From positions 12,152,001 to 12,216,000 of the forward strand of contig NC_088803.1 in the NCBI RefSeq assembly GCF_011386835.1: a DNA stretch of 64,000 nucleotides, written 5' to 3'. Within the stretch, counting starts at the first letter, position 1; every line of letters begins with the position of its first letter. The notes under the pieces are model-generated. The model had not been told where the DNA came from, did no database searches, and saw only the letters and a program-made list of their open reading frames with translations. Of the stretch, positions 11,041 to 21,942 are shown piece after piece. The translations under genes and the position numbers were made by a program. Origin of the DNA: Chrysemys picta bellii. Lineage: Eukaryota.

Positions 11041-12662
11041 TAGGACTGTAGATTATTTTCAGTTAACTCAAAAAATTAGTCGCAATTAATTGCCATTTTA
11101 ATTGCAATGTTAAACAATAGCATACGAATTTGGTACATTTTCAAATATATTGATTTCAATTACAACACAGAATACGAAGTGTACACTGCTCACTTTATAT
11201 TATTATTTTTATTACAAATATTTGCACTATAAAAATTATAAACAAAAAAATTGTATTTTTCAATTCACCTCATACAAGTACCATAGTGCAATTTCTTTAT
11301 TGTGAATGTGCAACGTACAAATGTAGATTTTTTTTGTTACATAACTGCACTCAAAAACAAAACAATGCAAATCTTTAGAGCCTAAAAGTCCACTCAGTCC
11401 TATTTATTGTTCAGTCAATTGCTAAGATCAACAAGTTTGTTTACATTTACGAGCGACAATACTGCCCACTTCTTATTTACAATGTCACCAGAAAGTGACA
11501 ACAGGCGTACACATGGGACTTTTGTAGCCGGCATTGCAAGGTATTTACATGCCAGTTATGCTAAACATTCATATGCCCCTTCATGCTTCGGCCACCATTC
11601 CAGAGGACATGCTTCCAAGCTGATGACACTGGTTAAAAAAAGTAATAGGTTAATTAAATTTGTGACTGAACTCCTTGGGGGAGAATTGTATGTCTCCAGC
11701 TCTATTTTATCCGCATTGTGCCATATATTTCATGTCAGAGCAGTCTTGGAAGATGACTCAGCACATGTTCATTTTAAGAACACTTTCTCTGCAGATTTCA
11801 CAAAACACAAAGAAGGTACCAATGTGAGATTTCTAAAGATAGATACAGCACTTGACTCCAGGTTTAAGAATCTGAAGTGCCTTCCAAAATCTGAGAGGTA
11901 CAAGGAGTGGAGTATGCTTTCGGAAATCTTAAAAGAGCAACACTCCAACACAGACACTACAGAACCTTAACCACCAAAAAAGAAAACCAACTTTCTGCCT
12001 GTGGCATCTGACTCAGATGATGAAAATGAACATGCGTCAGTCCGCACTGCTTTGGATTGTTATTGAGCAGAACCCATCATCAGCATGGATCCTCTCGAAC
12101 AGTGGTTGAAGCATGAAGGGACATATGAATCTTTCATGCATCTGGGAAGTAAATACCTTGGGATGCAGGCTACAAAAGTGCCATGATAATACCTGTTCTC
12201 AGTTTCTGGTGACATTGTGGACAAGAAGCGGACAGCATTATCACCTGCAAATGTAAACAAACTTGTTTGTCTGAGAGACTGGCTGAACAAGAAGTAGGAC
12301 GGACTGGACTTGTAGGTTCTAAAGTTTTATATTGTTTTATTTTTGAATGCAGTTATTTTTGTACATAATTTGGCATTTGTAAGTTGCACTTCCATGATAA
12401 AGAGATGGCACTACAGTACTTGTAATAGGTGAACTGAAAAATACTATTTATTTTGTTTTTTAAAATGTACATATTTGTAATAAAAATAAATGAAAAGTGA
12501 GCACTGTACACTTTGTGTTCTGTATTATAATTGAAATCAATATATTTGAAAAGGTAGAAAACATCCAAAATATTTAAATAAATGGTATTCTATTATTGTT
12601 TAACAGTGCCATTAATGGCATGATTAATCACAATTATTTTTTGTAATTGCTTGACAGCCCTA
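11041..12662. mobile_element. Non-autonomous hAT element with long inverted arms and a transposase C-terminal remnant
   Basis: The TIR is TAGGACTGT / ACAGCCCTA, with a perfect TSD TTTTCTAC at 11033-11040 and 12663-12670. The plus strand carries ZBED1-like remnants (ALDSRFKNL, PLEQWLKHEG, LFSVSGDIVDKKRTALSPANVNKLVCL). Confidence 0.9.
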
Positions 12663-13106
12663 TTTTCTACACCTGTCTCAACTTCTTTCATTCGTCAATG
12701 TATAGATATAAAGACCAAAAGGGAGAATTATATCATCTCGTCTGATGTCCACTAGGACACATGGCAAAGAACGTCCCCAGTTAGCCCTGCACTGAGCTCA
12801 ACTAATTGTGTAGGGTTAAAACATATTTTCCAGAAAGCTTCCAGGGCCAAATTTCAAACATATTTGTGTGAGTTGTGGGAGTTTCAAAAGCCTCTGGGAA
12901 ACTTGATTTAAATTCATTAATTTATTTATATTTATTTTATTATTTATTATTAATAATTAATCAATTAAATTGAGTTAAATAGGTTTTAGGTAGCTAAATG
13001 CTCTTAAAATCCCATTAGGTGACTAAATACCTTTGAAAATCTGGCCCAGACTGACTTGCTCAAGGCTATACAGGAAGGCTGTGGTATATCAAAGAAGAGA
13101 AACTAA

Positions 13107-13755
13107 GGGCTAGTGGACACTAGACTCGTTACAGCGATACTGCTGTACCGATGTAGTTGCACCGCTGTCGCATTGCTAGAATGTAGATGCTCTATGCCAC
13201 CTCCCCAAGCAGTGGTAGCTATGTTGGCAGAAGAGCTTCTTCTGCTGACATAACGTTGTCCACACTGGTGCTTAGGCATGGGTGGCGCATGAATCCCCTC
13301 CTCCCCCCGTTTGGGGAGGCTAGCCCCCTGTCCTGCCCCTTCCACCTAGGTCCCACCACTACCCCACCCCACCCACTCTCGCTCCCAGGGGCCAGAGGAG
13401 CCCGAAGCCACCCTCCACAGCCGGAGAGATCCAGCCTGCCCACCCAAGCCACCCCAAGCCCTGGCCCACCCGAACCGCCCTAAGCCCCAGCCAACCTACC
13501 CACCTGAGCCGGCCCCAGTGCCTGCCCGTCCAAGCCGCCCTGTGCCCCAGCCACCCGGAGGCTCTGAACCCCACTGTGGCTCATGCCTGGCAGGGAGCAT
13601 CAGCGGAGGTTTAGAGAGGCTTATCCTCCCTCAGCCCCTATTATGTGCCACCCATGCACATAGGTCGGTGTAATTTATGATGCTCAGGGGGGTGACTTAA
13701 TCACATCCTGAGCGACATAAATTATACCAAAGTAAGCACTAGTGTGTACAAGCCC
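13107..13755. mobile_element. Harbinger-type MITE with a nested hAT MITE (13277-13656)
   Basis: The outer TIR is GGGCTAGTGGACACTAG / CTAGTGTGTACAAGCCC with a TSD TAA/CAA. The inner TIR is CATGGGTGGC / GCCACCCATG with a TSD TGCTTAGG/CACATAGG. Confidence 0.75.
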
Positions 13756-13875
13756 CAAGTCACCCAATGACAGACGAGTGCCGTAATCACTGGAGTATCC
13801 TTCCTCTTAAAAACTGAGATGGAGCAATAAATGGCCAGGCAACGTTTGTTACACAGGTGCCCCTGCTTCCTAATC

Positions 13876-14680
13876 TGTAAGGATTTCCAGTTGCTATTCA
13901 AGGCAATGCCAATTTACTAGGTGGCCTATAGAAATGATGCATGTTTATGTTCTACAGAAAGGCATTGAAATGTAAGCAGATCCAAAACGCACTTTCCTAA
14001 AAAAACAGGCGCGACAATAGCCAAGGAGGCTTTCTAAAATATGAGTAAAGTGAAGGGGGACAACTCAAGGCAAGTTAGAAATATCTTAGGGTGGAACCCC
14101 TGGTCCTGGTGTAAGTAGGTTTTGGTCTTAACTGGCTTTGACGAGTCTTTTAAATAAATGCTAGTGGTTTTGAAAATGCTATCCATATTGGTAGCTCTTC
14201 ATATGGGAATTACACAGATGTTAATTAAGACAATGTTTACTATAAAAAAACAATGAGAAACTAGGAAATAGTTAACTATGGTAGCAGAAATACAGGTATG
14301 GCAAAAGGCAGACTGAATGTTAGTTAATCAAGGGGCATGATTATAAGTGATTACATGAACAGTAATAGTCTAATTTTACATTAGACATGCCCATTAAGAT
14401 ATGGTGGGAGAAAGCATCACCCCAGAATGGTGTCATTTCATCTTAGAGTGTGCGTATAAAATCCCACATGTGACTATATTGCAATACCTGCTCGCTTTAG
14501 CTAACCAGTTTATTCTAAATAAAGCTTTTAATTGTTTTGCTCATTGTGCCATTCCCAGTGCTCCAGTAACCTAAATTATCCATCCCCGCCCTGGAGGCTC
14601 AAACCTTAAAGAATTCAGGTTGGTTTTATTGTTTATCGTTGAACTACTAACTGGGAATAGATAAATCTAAGGTAACAACA
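13876..14680 (+). mobile_element. Possible solo LTR
   Basis: It begins TGTAAG and ends AACA, with TATAAAA (about 14456) followed by AATAAA (about 14518). No TSD was found. Confidence 0.35.
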
Positions 14681-14889
14681 CCCCATTCCTACATGGTGCT
14701 CAGTAACGCCAAAGAAATGATGCATGCCCTTAACTACCTCTGCAATCCAGGGAGAAGATACTCAGTGGCAGACTTGTGTCATCTCCCAAAACTGGGCTGA
14801 GGAGATGCATAGGAATCAGCCCCACAAGAAAGTCTGGAGAGGTGGCTAAGAAACTGAGGTGGAAAGTTCCCTGAGAACGAGATTAGATG

Positions 14890-15190
14890 TTAGGGAGAGA
14901 GAGAGACGGGCAGAGAGCAGGAGAGTGAAGGACAGATAGACAGGGATGTGTAAGATGATGGATAGACAGACAGAAGGGTGTTTACGGGGTAGATAGATGT
15001 TTAAGGGGATAGAAAGAGAGAGAAATGTGTAAGGGGTGGATAGAGGGATTATTAGGGATATAGAGGGGGATTGTTTAAGTGGTTCAATAGAGGGATAAAT
15101 AGATGTGTAAGGGTATAGCTAGAGAAATAGATGGCTGTGTAAAGGAATTGATAAAGAGATATATAGGTAGGTGTGTGTGTGTATGTAGAC
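14890..15190. repeat. Degenerate purine-rich minisatellite (GATAGA...GTGTAAGGG) in OR1 intron 1
   Basis: Recurring GATAG and TGTAAGG motifs, read directly. Confidence 0.7.
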
Positions 15191-15366
15191 AGATCTCTTT
15201 TAAGTTTCATCAGTTTCCCAAGACATACATCAAGGTGAGATGCTAAAGTCCTCACTCAGGCAAAGCTCCCAGAGAGCGAGGACACTGACAAGAGTAGTGT
15301 CTTTCAGATTAATGGTTGTGTCCAAGGAAGATACTGGGGGATTGCCCTGAGACTGGCAACACTCAC

Positions 15367-15700
15367 CTTTAATCCTCAACAGGAAGCAATGACCTGTCCA
15401 TCAACTGTGACCGGATCTGGTCTTCCTGTCAGACTTGCCCTCTCAGTTCCTCCAGAGACTCTTACATGTTGCTGTTGGGTTGGTTCTCTCCTGCGCCCAG
15501 CGTGATTGTTTGCACCACACAAACCCTTATACAACTCCTGCTCTGCATTCTTGCAGGGTTTATAAGGTACAGCAGCCTCCTCTGGCCCTTCCTGCTGCTG
15601 GGCTCTCCCTTGAGCCCTGCTACTGGTGAGCACTTAGAGTTACCTTCACAAGGGAATTAACACTGTGCTGTTTGTTAGAACAGTGTAACACCAAAGCCAA
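15367..15700 (-). promoter_or_regulatory. Putative promoter and non-coding exon 1 of OR1
   Basis: On minus: donor GAGGATTAAAG|GTGAGT (exon end 15367) and TATAAA at about 15559-15564. On plus coordinates: O/E-like TCCCTTGAG at 15606-15614 and TCACAAGGGA-ATTAA at 15646-15660. The block aligns by eye with 25226-25540 and 29800-30163. Confidence 0.7.
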
Positions 15701-16639
15701 TGCCAGCGGCATTTGAATCCCAAAGGAAATCTCCTTTTCCCATATGTGCTATGCATGTGTCAAGAGCCCAAGAAAATGGGAAATAAGTTGCCATGCCTTT
15801 AATGATAACATTTAGCTCTAACAGACCGTTTGCCATCCGTAGATCTCAAAGCACATTACACAGCCTGGCCAGTATCATTATCCCTATTATACAGAGGCAC
15901 AGAGAAGGGATCTGTTTCCCATAGTGTCATTAAATAGGGCATTGGCATAGCTGGGAATAGCCCCCAGGCTTCCTCCATCGAAATGTAACACCTTGGCTGT
16001 GGGACCACACAGATTGACAACCTTGTCTCTTGATTTGCAAAGATTTCAGTGTGAATCGCAGGGATGTATACTATGGCCCCTCACCATAGTGTCTGGGCAA
16101 CTTCAACATAAAATGTACAGGAATTGCTAAGTCCCTCATAGCTTTAATGGAGTCTCTGGCTCTTCTCCCTTTTGGGGTTTAAAATCAAAACCAACTCTGT
16201 GTTTTGGGTAAGGGATATTGGTTTTGAATTGTTTAGATTGAATTAATTTTCTTTTCTGGGGTGTGTATTTGGTTGGGGGGTCTGGAGAGAAGGGGGAGTC
16301 ATCTGACATTGTTACGTAATATCCAGGTCAGCACCAGAAGAAAGGACAAAAAGCAGAGAGGATGTTAATAGTTGACTGTGGCGATGCCTTAAGGCCACAA
16401 ATAATCTAGGAATTATTTTGGGGCAGATCCCTGGCCTGTGTTTTACAGGAGGTCAGACTAGATCATCAGAATCCTCCCTTTTTTTCATATCTCAGCCTCC
16501 CTCAAATGCTCCTCCCAAACATCACCTAGGCATAAGATACTAATGATACCTCAATAGAACAAGCAATGTCTTAGCCCTCTCATCTCAATGCTCCCCAAAC
16601 AGCTGGCTAAACAATTTGGCCTTTGAGAGCACCCTAGGA

Positions 16640-16990
16640 GTTGATATATCATGGGGTTATTTCAGAACAGGAGTGGAGGACATTCCATAGCTCCCATGCT
16701 TTTGCAGAGAATCCCCTCCAGCCACCTCCTCCCTGCTACACTCAGGGATATCTAGCATCAGAATTTCTGTTGTTCACAGTTATTGCAGTGGTTCATGGGG
16801 GGAGAGGTGGACTCTCAGATAAGCTGATCCCAGGCCACATAGTACTGAGGAGGTCAAAAGCAGTATCTTACAATGCAACCAGGTTCCAGGGTCTGTCTAC
16901 AGGGTACACAAATTATGGAGTGGGTATCCATCTTGTACACCAGCTCCAACTTCCAACGGGCTCTAAGATGAGGCCCCTTTGTGGAGAGTC
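16640..16990 (-). mobile_element. Old L2-clade LINE ORF2 3' remnant
   Basis: The minus-strand remnants WKLELV..., GLGSAYL... and ...LWNVL resemble the L2 RT C-terminus (KLQLVQN / GLGP.YL / AP.LWN.LP). Confidence 0.5.
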
Positions 16991-17457
16991 ATCTGAGATT
17001 TTCAAAGAGGTCTAAAGGCCCAAATCCCACTGAATTTCAATGCCTTAAAAATAATCTGGTAGAGAGCAGCAAAGGATGATACAGGGAAAAAGGTTTATGT
17101 AAGTGGAAATACCCAGGAGGTAGTGGGAGGAAGGGAGATAGGACTAGGTTTTAAATCCTTGGAAACCAGATACTTTTCATGAACAAAAATGTATTCAGGC
17201 AAAAGCCCAATTTTCATTCAACGAACAGTAAAGTAGGAAAATTTTCAACTAGCCCTGCTTCAGTGATCTTTGGATCAGGCCCCAGTTTCCAGGAAGCCCT
17301 GCCCTCTTGGGCCCCGTGGAAAATCCCAGTGACAGTGACTTGCCAAAGGTCATACAAGAAATCTGTGGCAGAGGAAGGATATGAAAAGAGATCCCAGTCT
17401 CCTATAGGCTCCTTTGGAAATCCCAGCCCTAGCCTCCAAATGACAAAGGCATGGATT

Positions 17458-18040
17458 CCTAGATTTTAAGGCCAGAAGGTGTCATGCGATCATCTCATCT
17501 ACCTTCTTGTATAACACCAGGCCAGAGAGCTTCACCTTGAAATCCTTGTGCTGAGCCCCATAATCTGGGTTTGTGCCATAAACACATCCAGTCTGGATGT
17601 GAAGACACCAAGAGATGGGGGAATCCATCACTTCCCTTGGGAGTTTGTCCCATGGTTAATCAACCTCACTTTTAAAAATACTATGCCTAATTTGAACATT
17701 TTTGCTTTGATATCCAGCCATTGGTTCTTGTTTTTGCCTTTCTCTGCTAGATTAAAGAGCCCTTTGGTATCTGGTATTTCACCCCATGAAGGTATTGGTA
17801 GCAGGATATGCATCTAGAGAATAAAATCATGCCCTTTTGGCCTGGTGTAGGCCTTCCTGACCACTGTGGCTTCAAAACACTGCTGTTGGTCTAGTTACAC
17901 TCCCAGATAATACACACAGGAACTTCACCTGTCCTCCATGAGATCTTGAAGATAATCTCTAATGGTTCAGAGATTGCTGTAGCTAGTTCCAAAAATATGT
18001 GAAGGTGAATTTCATCAGCCATAGCTACCTTAAAAACAAC
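17458..18040 (-). mobile_element. Old CR1 fragments
   Basis: The 3' UTR (AAGGCCAGAAGG...GATCATCT) spans 17458-17792. An RT remnant DEIH...ELATAISEPLEIIF.ISWRTGEVP lies at about 17920-18040. Confidence 0.65.
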
Positions 18041-19255
18041 TGATGTATCTATATGCTAGTACGTGAAAGCTCTTTCTCTAAGAATTCTGGCAGTTGGGCC
18101 AAGTAATCCACCATCTATACAGTCTCACTCATACAACCCGTGAAATTGTTGCCTGCAAATTAGCTGCAGAATAATGGTGATAATCGGTTGAATTACCTTT
18201 GATATCACAATGGTCTGGGACTCTTGGTATAGCATAGATACTTGCCTTAATGTAGCTGAAAGCCTGTGCTATCACACAGGTGTCCTTTGTAAATGACTGA
18301 GAACTTAAACACTGGAGGGTAACAGACCAGAAATCCCATTGATGGTTGAACTTGCTGATATTTGGACAAAAAAAAGTGCTTATCCATACTTATAGCAGTT
18401 TCCTTTGCTTTACACTGACCCCACAGACAATCTAGGTTTCAGAGTGACAACCATGGAATCTGCTTATATAGATTCTTTATTCTCTTCTTTCGTATTACAA
18501 CCCAAGATCCTTCTCCGTTGGTGTTAATATTCATTGCTGGACAAGGTCCTAACAGTGGTATAGTGGTAAAAAAAAGAAGTGAGTAAACTAACTTAAACTA
18601 AACTCCATATACCCCAAATGAGAAGTGGGTGAACAGAGTTTACCCATCTTTACCCTGGATGACGCCACTGGTTTTATTTAGTTAAATGTGGTATTACTCA
18701 TTAATATGCATATATTATAAATTCATGAACTTATAATTCAGTGTGTTGATATGAAAAAATATTTAATTACAAGACTATTAAAAGGAGACAGATAAATAAT
18801 ACAAGGTTTAGAGATGGTCACAATATGTCATTTGAAACTTTATTTTCAATGAAAAATTGCCTTTCTAAAGAACAAAACCGTTTGTGAATATTTTCATGTT
18901 CTCTTTCCTTGACAAAAACAAAGACAAACAACTAAAAGCTCTGAACATTTTTGTTTCTTGCAAATAAAATATTGATTAGTTTGAGGTTTTCCTCCTTTCT
19001 GGCTATTGATTTCCTTCTTCCTTCCCCACTTTTCCAAAGGCAAAATGGAAAAAAAGATAAATAAAGAGACAGAAATAAAAATGGACATTTTTGAGGGGAA
19101 AAAAGGGATTTTGGTTTTTGGCCTTTTTTATTGAAAATACTTACCATTTTCTAACCAGCTCTAGGAAGGGGGACACAGCAGATATGAAGCATTCCAGGTT
19201 AAGAGTTACAGTTAGCATGGCTATTGTAAAAATTACAACTGTTTTGATTTTTAAG

Positions 19256-19399
19256 GTTTCAGAGTAGCAGCCGTGTTAGTCTGTATCCGCAAAAAGAACA
19301 GGAGTACTTGTGGCACATTAGAGACTAACAAATTTATTAGAGCATAAGCTTTCGTGGACTACAGCCCACTTCTTCGGATGCATCAAGTACACCTGTTCT
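19256..19399 (-). mobile_element. Young Penelope-like (Neptune-type) pseudo-LTR fragment
   Basis: It reads GTTTCAGAGTAGCAGCCGTGTTAGTC...GGATGC followed by a short inverted piece (AAGTACACCTGTTC). The 14-bp TSD TTTTGATTTTTAAG is at 19242-19255 and 19400-19413. Confidence 0.85.
19342..19381 (-). ncRNA. Minimal type I hammerhead ribozyme-like motif
   Basis: The minus strand reads GCAU CCGAAGA A GUGGGC-UGUA-GUCCAC GAA AGCU U AUGC. This gives stem I GCAU/AUGC, a 6-bp stem II and a palindromic stem III AGCU. The core has U4C. Confidence 0.6.
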
Positions 19400-19925
19400 T
19401 TTTGATTTTTAAGATACATTTGATCCTATATGGCCCATTTTCAATACACGAGATCTGTGCAAAGTCTACTGAAATCAATGGAAGACTCCTAGGCTGTGAT
19501 TTTCAAATGAGGGGATTAGGTGAGACTGATTAGAACGGGGCACATGATTCTTTTAGGCCATTTAACATATCCCCACCATGCCAATGCTTTATTCTGCATA
19601 ACCACATTTCTACACATGGCATTTGGTTTTGCAAATAATAGAGCCAGCTTCTACTACCATTGCCCATATTGTGTAATAACTTACTTTGCCAAGAGGCTCA
19701 TCAATCTGAATGGTATCGCTTCAGGAACAAGGCTCTGATTCTCACACTACATTGTGGAACCTTGAACCGATGAGATGCAGCCAGCTGGACTGGGATTAAG
19801 GAGGAGGAGTGGTAAAAAAATTCCCCATACTAACTCCACAGCCAAAGTTGCTGTCAGTGGCCAGAGTTAGAGGTGTCCTAAACGGTGCCATGGCTAATAA
19901 ATCCAGACCGATTTATTCCAATGCA

Positions 19926-20870
19926 TTAAAACATGTGATACCTAGAGCAAACTTTTCTCAGGGCCTCCTTGACCTCTCTGTTTCTCAGGCTGTAGATGAG
20001 GGGGTTGACCAAAGGAGTTAGAATGGTGTAGAAGACAGAGAACACTTTGTTCAGGTCTCTCAGTGTGTCAGCGTCTGGTAACATATAGACAATGATTATA
20101 GTCCCATAGAAAATTGTCACCACAATGAGGTGGGAGGAGCAGATGGAAAAGGCCTTTTGCCTCCCAGCAGTGGAAGGGATTCTCAGAATAGTGGTGATGA
20201 TACAAACATAGGATGTCACGGTTAATAGAAATGCGGACAGTGCATCTATGGAGGTGAGGATGAAACTCAGCAGTGTGATCAGGTTGGTGTCATCACAGGA
20301 ACGTTTTATTACTGGGATGAGATCACAAAAGAAATGATCAATTTCTTTAGGGCCGCAGAACTTTAATTGTGACATCAAACATACTATGGTGGTACTGGCC
20401 ACAAATGAACTTATCCAAGATCCGGCTGCTACCTGTATACAGAACCTGACATTCATTAAGGCTGCATAGTGCAGGGGTTTGCATATCGCTAAGTACCTAT
20501 CATAGGACATCACAGCTAGCAGGTAACACTCAGTGGTCACTAGGAAACCAAACCAATAAAACTGCATTATGCAGCCACCAACAGAAATTATTCTGTCCCC
20601 AGACAGGAGACTGGCCAGCAGCCTAGGCAGGATGGTGGAGGTGTAGCAGGTCTCCAAGAAGGACAAATTCCCCAGGAAGAAGTACATGGGGGTGTGAAGA
20701 TGCTGATCAGCCACAACTAACACAATGATGAGGATGTTCCCAGCCATGGTCACAACATAGATCATTAGAAACAGCAGGAAGAGGAAATTTTGCAGTTCAG
20801 GAAGACTCCCAAATCCTAGGAGGATGAATTCTGTGATGGAGGTCTGATTTCCCCCTTCTTCTTTCTTCAT
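19926..20870 (-). CDS. Olfactory receptor 2 (intact, 314 aa)
   Basis: It has NQT, LHTPMYFFLGNLS, MSYDRYLAIC, KAFSICSSHL and PLIYSLRN. The track start at 20873 is GTG and the first ATG is 20870. A strong acceptor TTGTTCTCCCTTCCTAG lies 9 nt upstream (AG 20881-20880). Confidence 0.95.
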   Translation of the reverse strand: MKKEEGGNQTSITEFILLGFGSLPELQNFLFLLFLMIYVVTMAGNILIIVLVVADQHLHTPMYFFLGNLSFLETCYTSTILPRLLASLLSGDRIISVGGCIMQFYWFGFLVTTECYLLAVMSYDRYLAICKPLHYAALMNVRFCIQVAAGSWISSFVASTTIVCLMSQLKFCGPKEIDHFFCDLIPVIKRSCDDTNLITLLSFILTSIDALSAFLLTVTSYVCIITTILRIPSTAGRQKAFSICSSHLIVVTIFYGTIIIVYMLPDADTLRDLNKVFSVFYTILTPLVNPLIYSLRNREVKEALRKVCSRYHMF

Positions 20871-21399
20871 CACATATACCTAGGAAGGGAGAACAACAAC
20901 AACAAAGAGTGGAAGAATTCGCTCTCCTCTTAAGTTAGATAAAGGTTCATTTGTTCAAATACATAACTGTTCAAAAAGGAAAATTATCTTCTAGGATTGA
21001 GTAACTGAAACATTTAAGACTCTAAGGAACACAGGAATGGCCCTAGAGCAATTGATTCATAAATTCCAAAGACAGAAGGGACCATTGTGATCATCTGTCT
21101 GACCCACTCTACAACACAGGCCATAGAAATTCCCCAAAATAATGATCCATCAAGCTTGGGTTCTTGCTATATCAGAGAATTTAAACTCCCCTAATGGACA
21201 TTTTTTCAATATCATTGTGATGATTTGGAAACTCTCTCTGTACAGTGTGTGAATTCTGCGTGAGATGATGAACTCTTGGTTTGTATCTTTACCAAGCTTC
21301 AAAATCCATTTTGAATTTGCAGCCCTTTTCCTTCTCAGTTGTTGGTTTGCCTCCACATTAGACTGAAATTCCAAAGGTGGGTGGTAAAAAGGTAAGAAA

Positions 21400-21892
21400 A
21401 GGGTCATTGACTTGAGTGCCTGGCCATTGAAATATAATCACCCTAGACAAATTATTGACCACTGCCCAGGGGAATTAGTTTAACAGGGGAGTGGTCTGCT
21501 GGCAATGAGGTCACCTGGTAGGATTCTGTGGTCACCTGTTGAGGATGAGTATGGAGCCACCAGACAGAGGAGACTAGAAGGTTATAAAGGGCAGAAGCTG
21601 CTCTACTTCCTCTCTCTCTGTGGCCATTTTTCACCATCTCAAGAGGAGGGAAGCTGCTGCAGGAATGGAATGAGGCAAGGAGGAAAGGGATGCCCCCTAG
21701 CTGAACACAGATGGGCCCCTTTGGGAAGGATGCATCTAGGGTTCATGGCAGCAATACCGTCCAAGGACAAGGAAGAATTTGTGCCTTGGGGAAGTTTTTA
21801 AACTAATCTGGTAGAAACAAGCTTAGGGGGTCTTTCATGCGGGTCACCACATCTGTACCCTAGAGTTCAGAGTGTGGAGGGAACCCTGACAG
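21400..21892 (+). mobile_element. Gypsy-type LTR remnant followed by a PBS-like sequence
   Basis: The last 70 bp (AAGCTTAG...GTACCCTAGAGTTCAGAG...CCTGACA) match the end of the 22294-23115 LTR. It is followed by CACTGGTAGCAG, similar to the PBS at 48614. The left boundary is uncertain. Confidence 0.5.
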
Positions 21893-21942
21893 CACTGGTA
21901 GCAGGGACCCGGCAGCTGAGCCATATGGTTGCAGCTCATAGT

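Noticed and set aside
11407-11970. 187-aa ORF as a ZBED1-like gene
   Set aside because: It is a chimeric read from an antisense arm into a transposase remnant, begins at a non-ATG codon and lies inside a TSD-flanked element.
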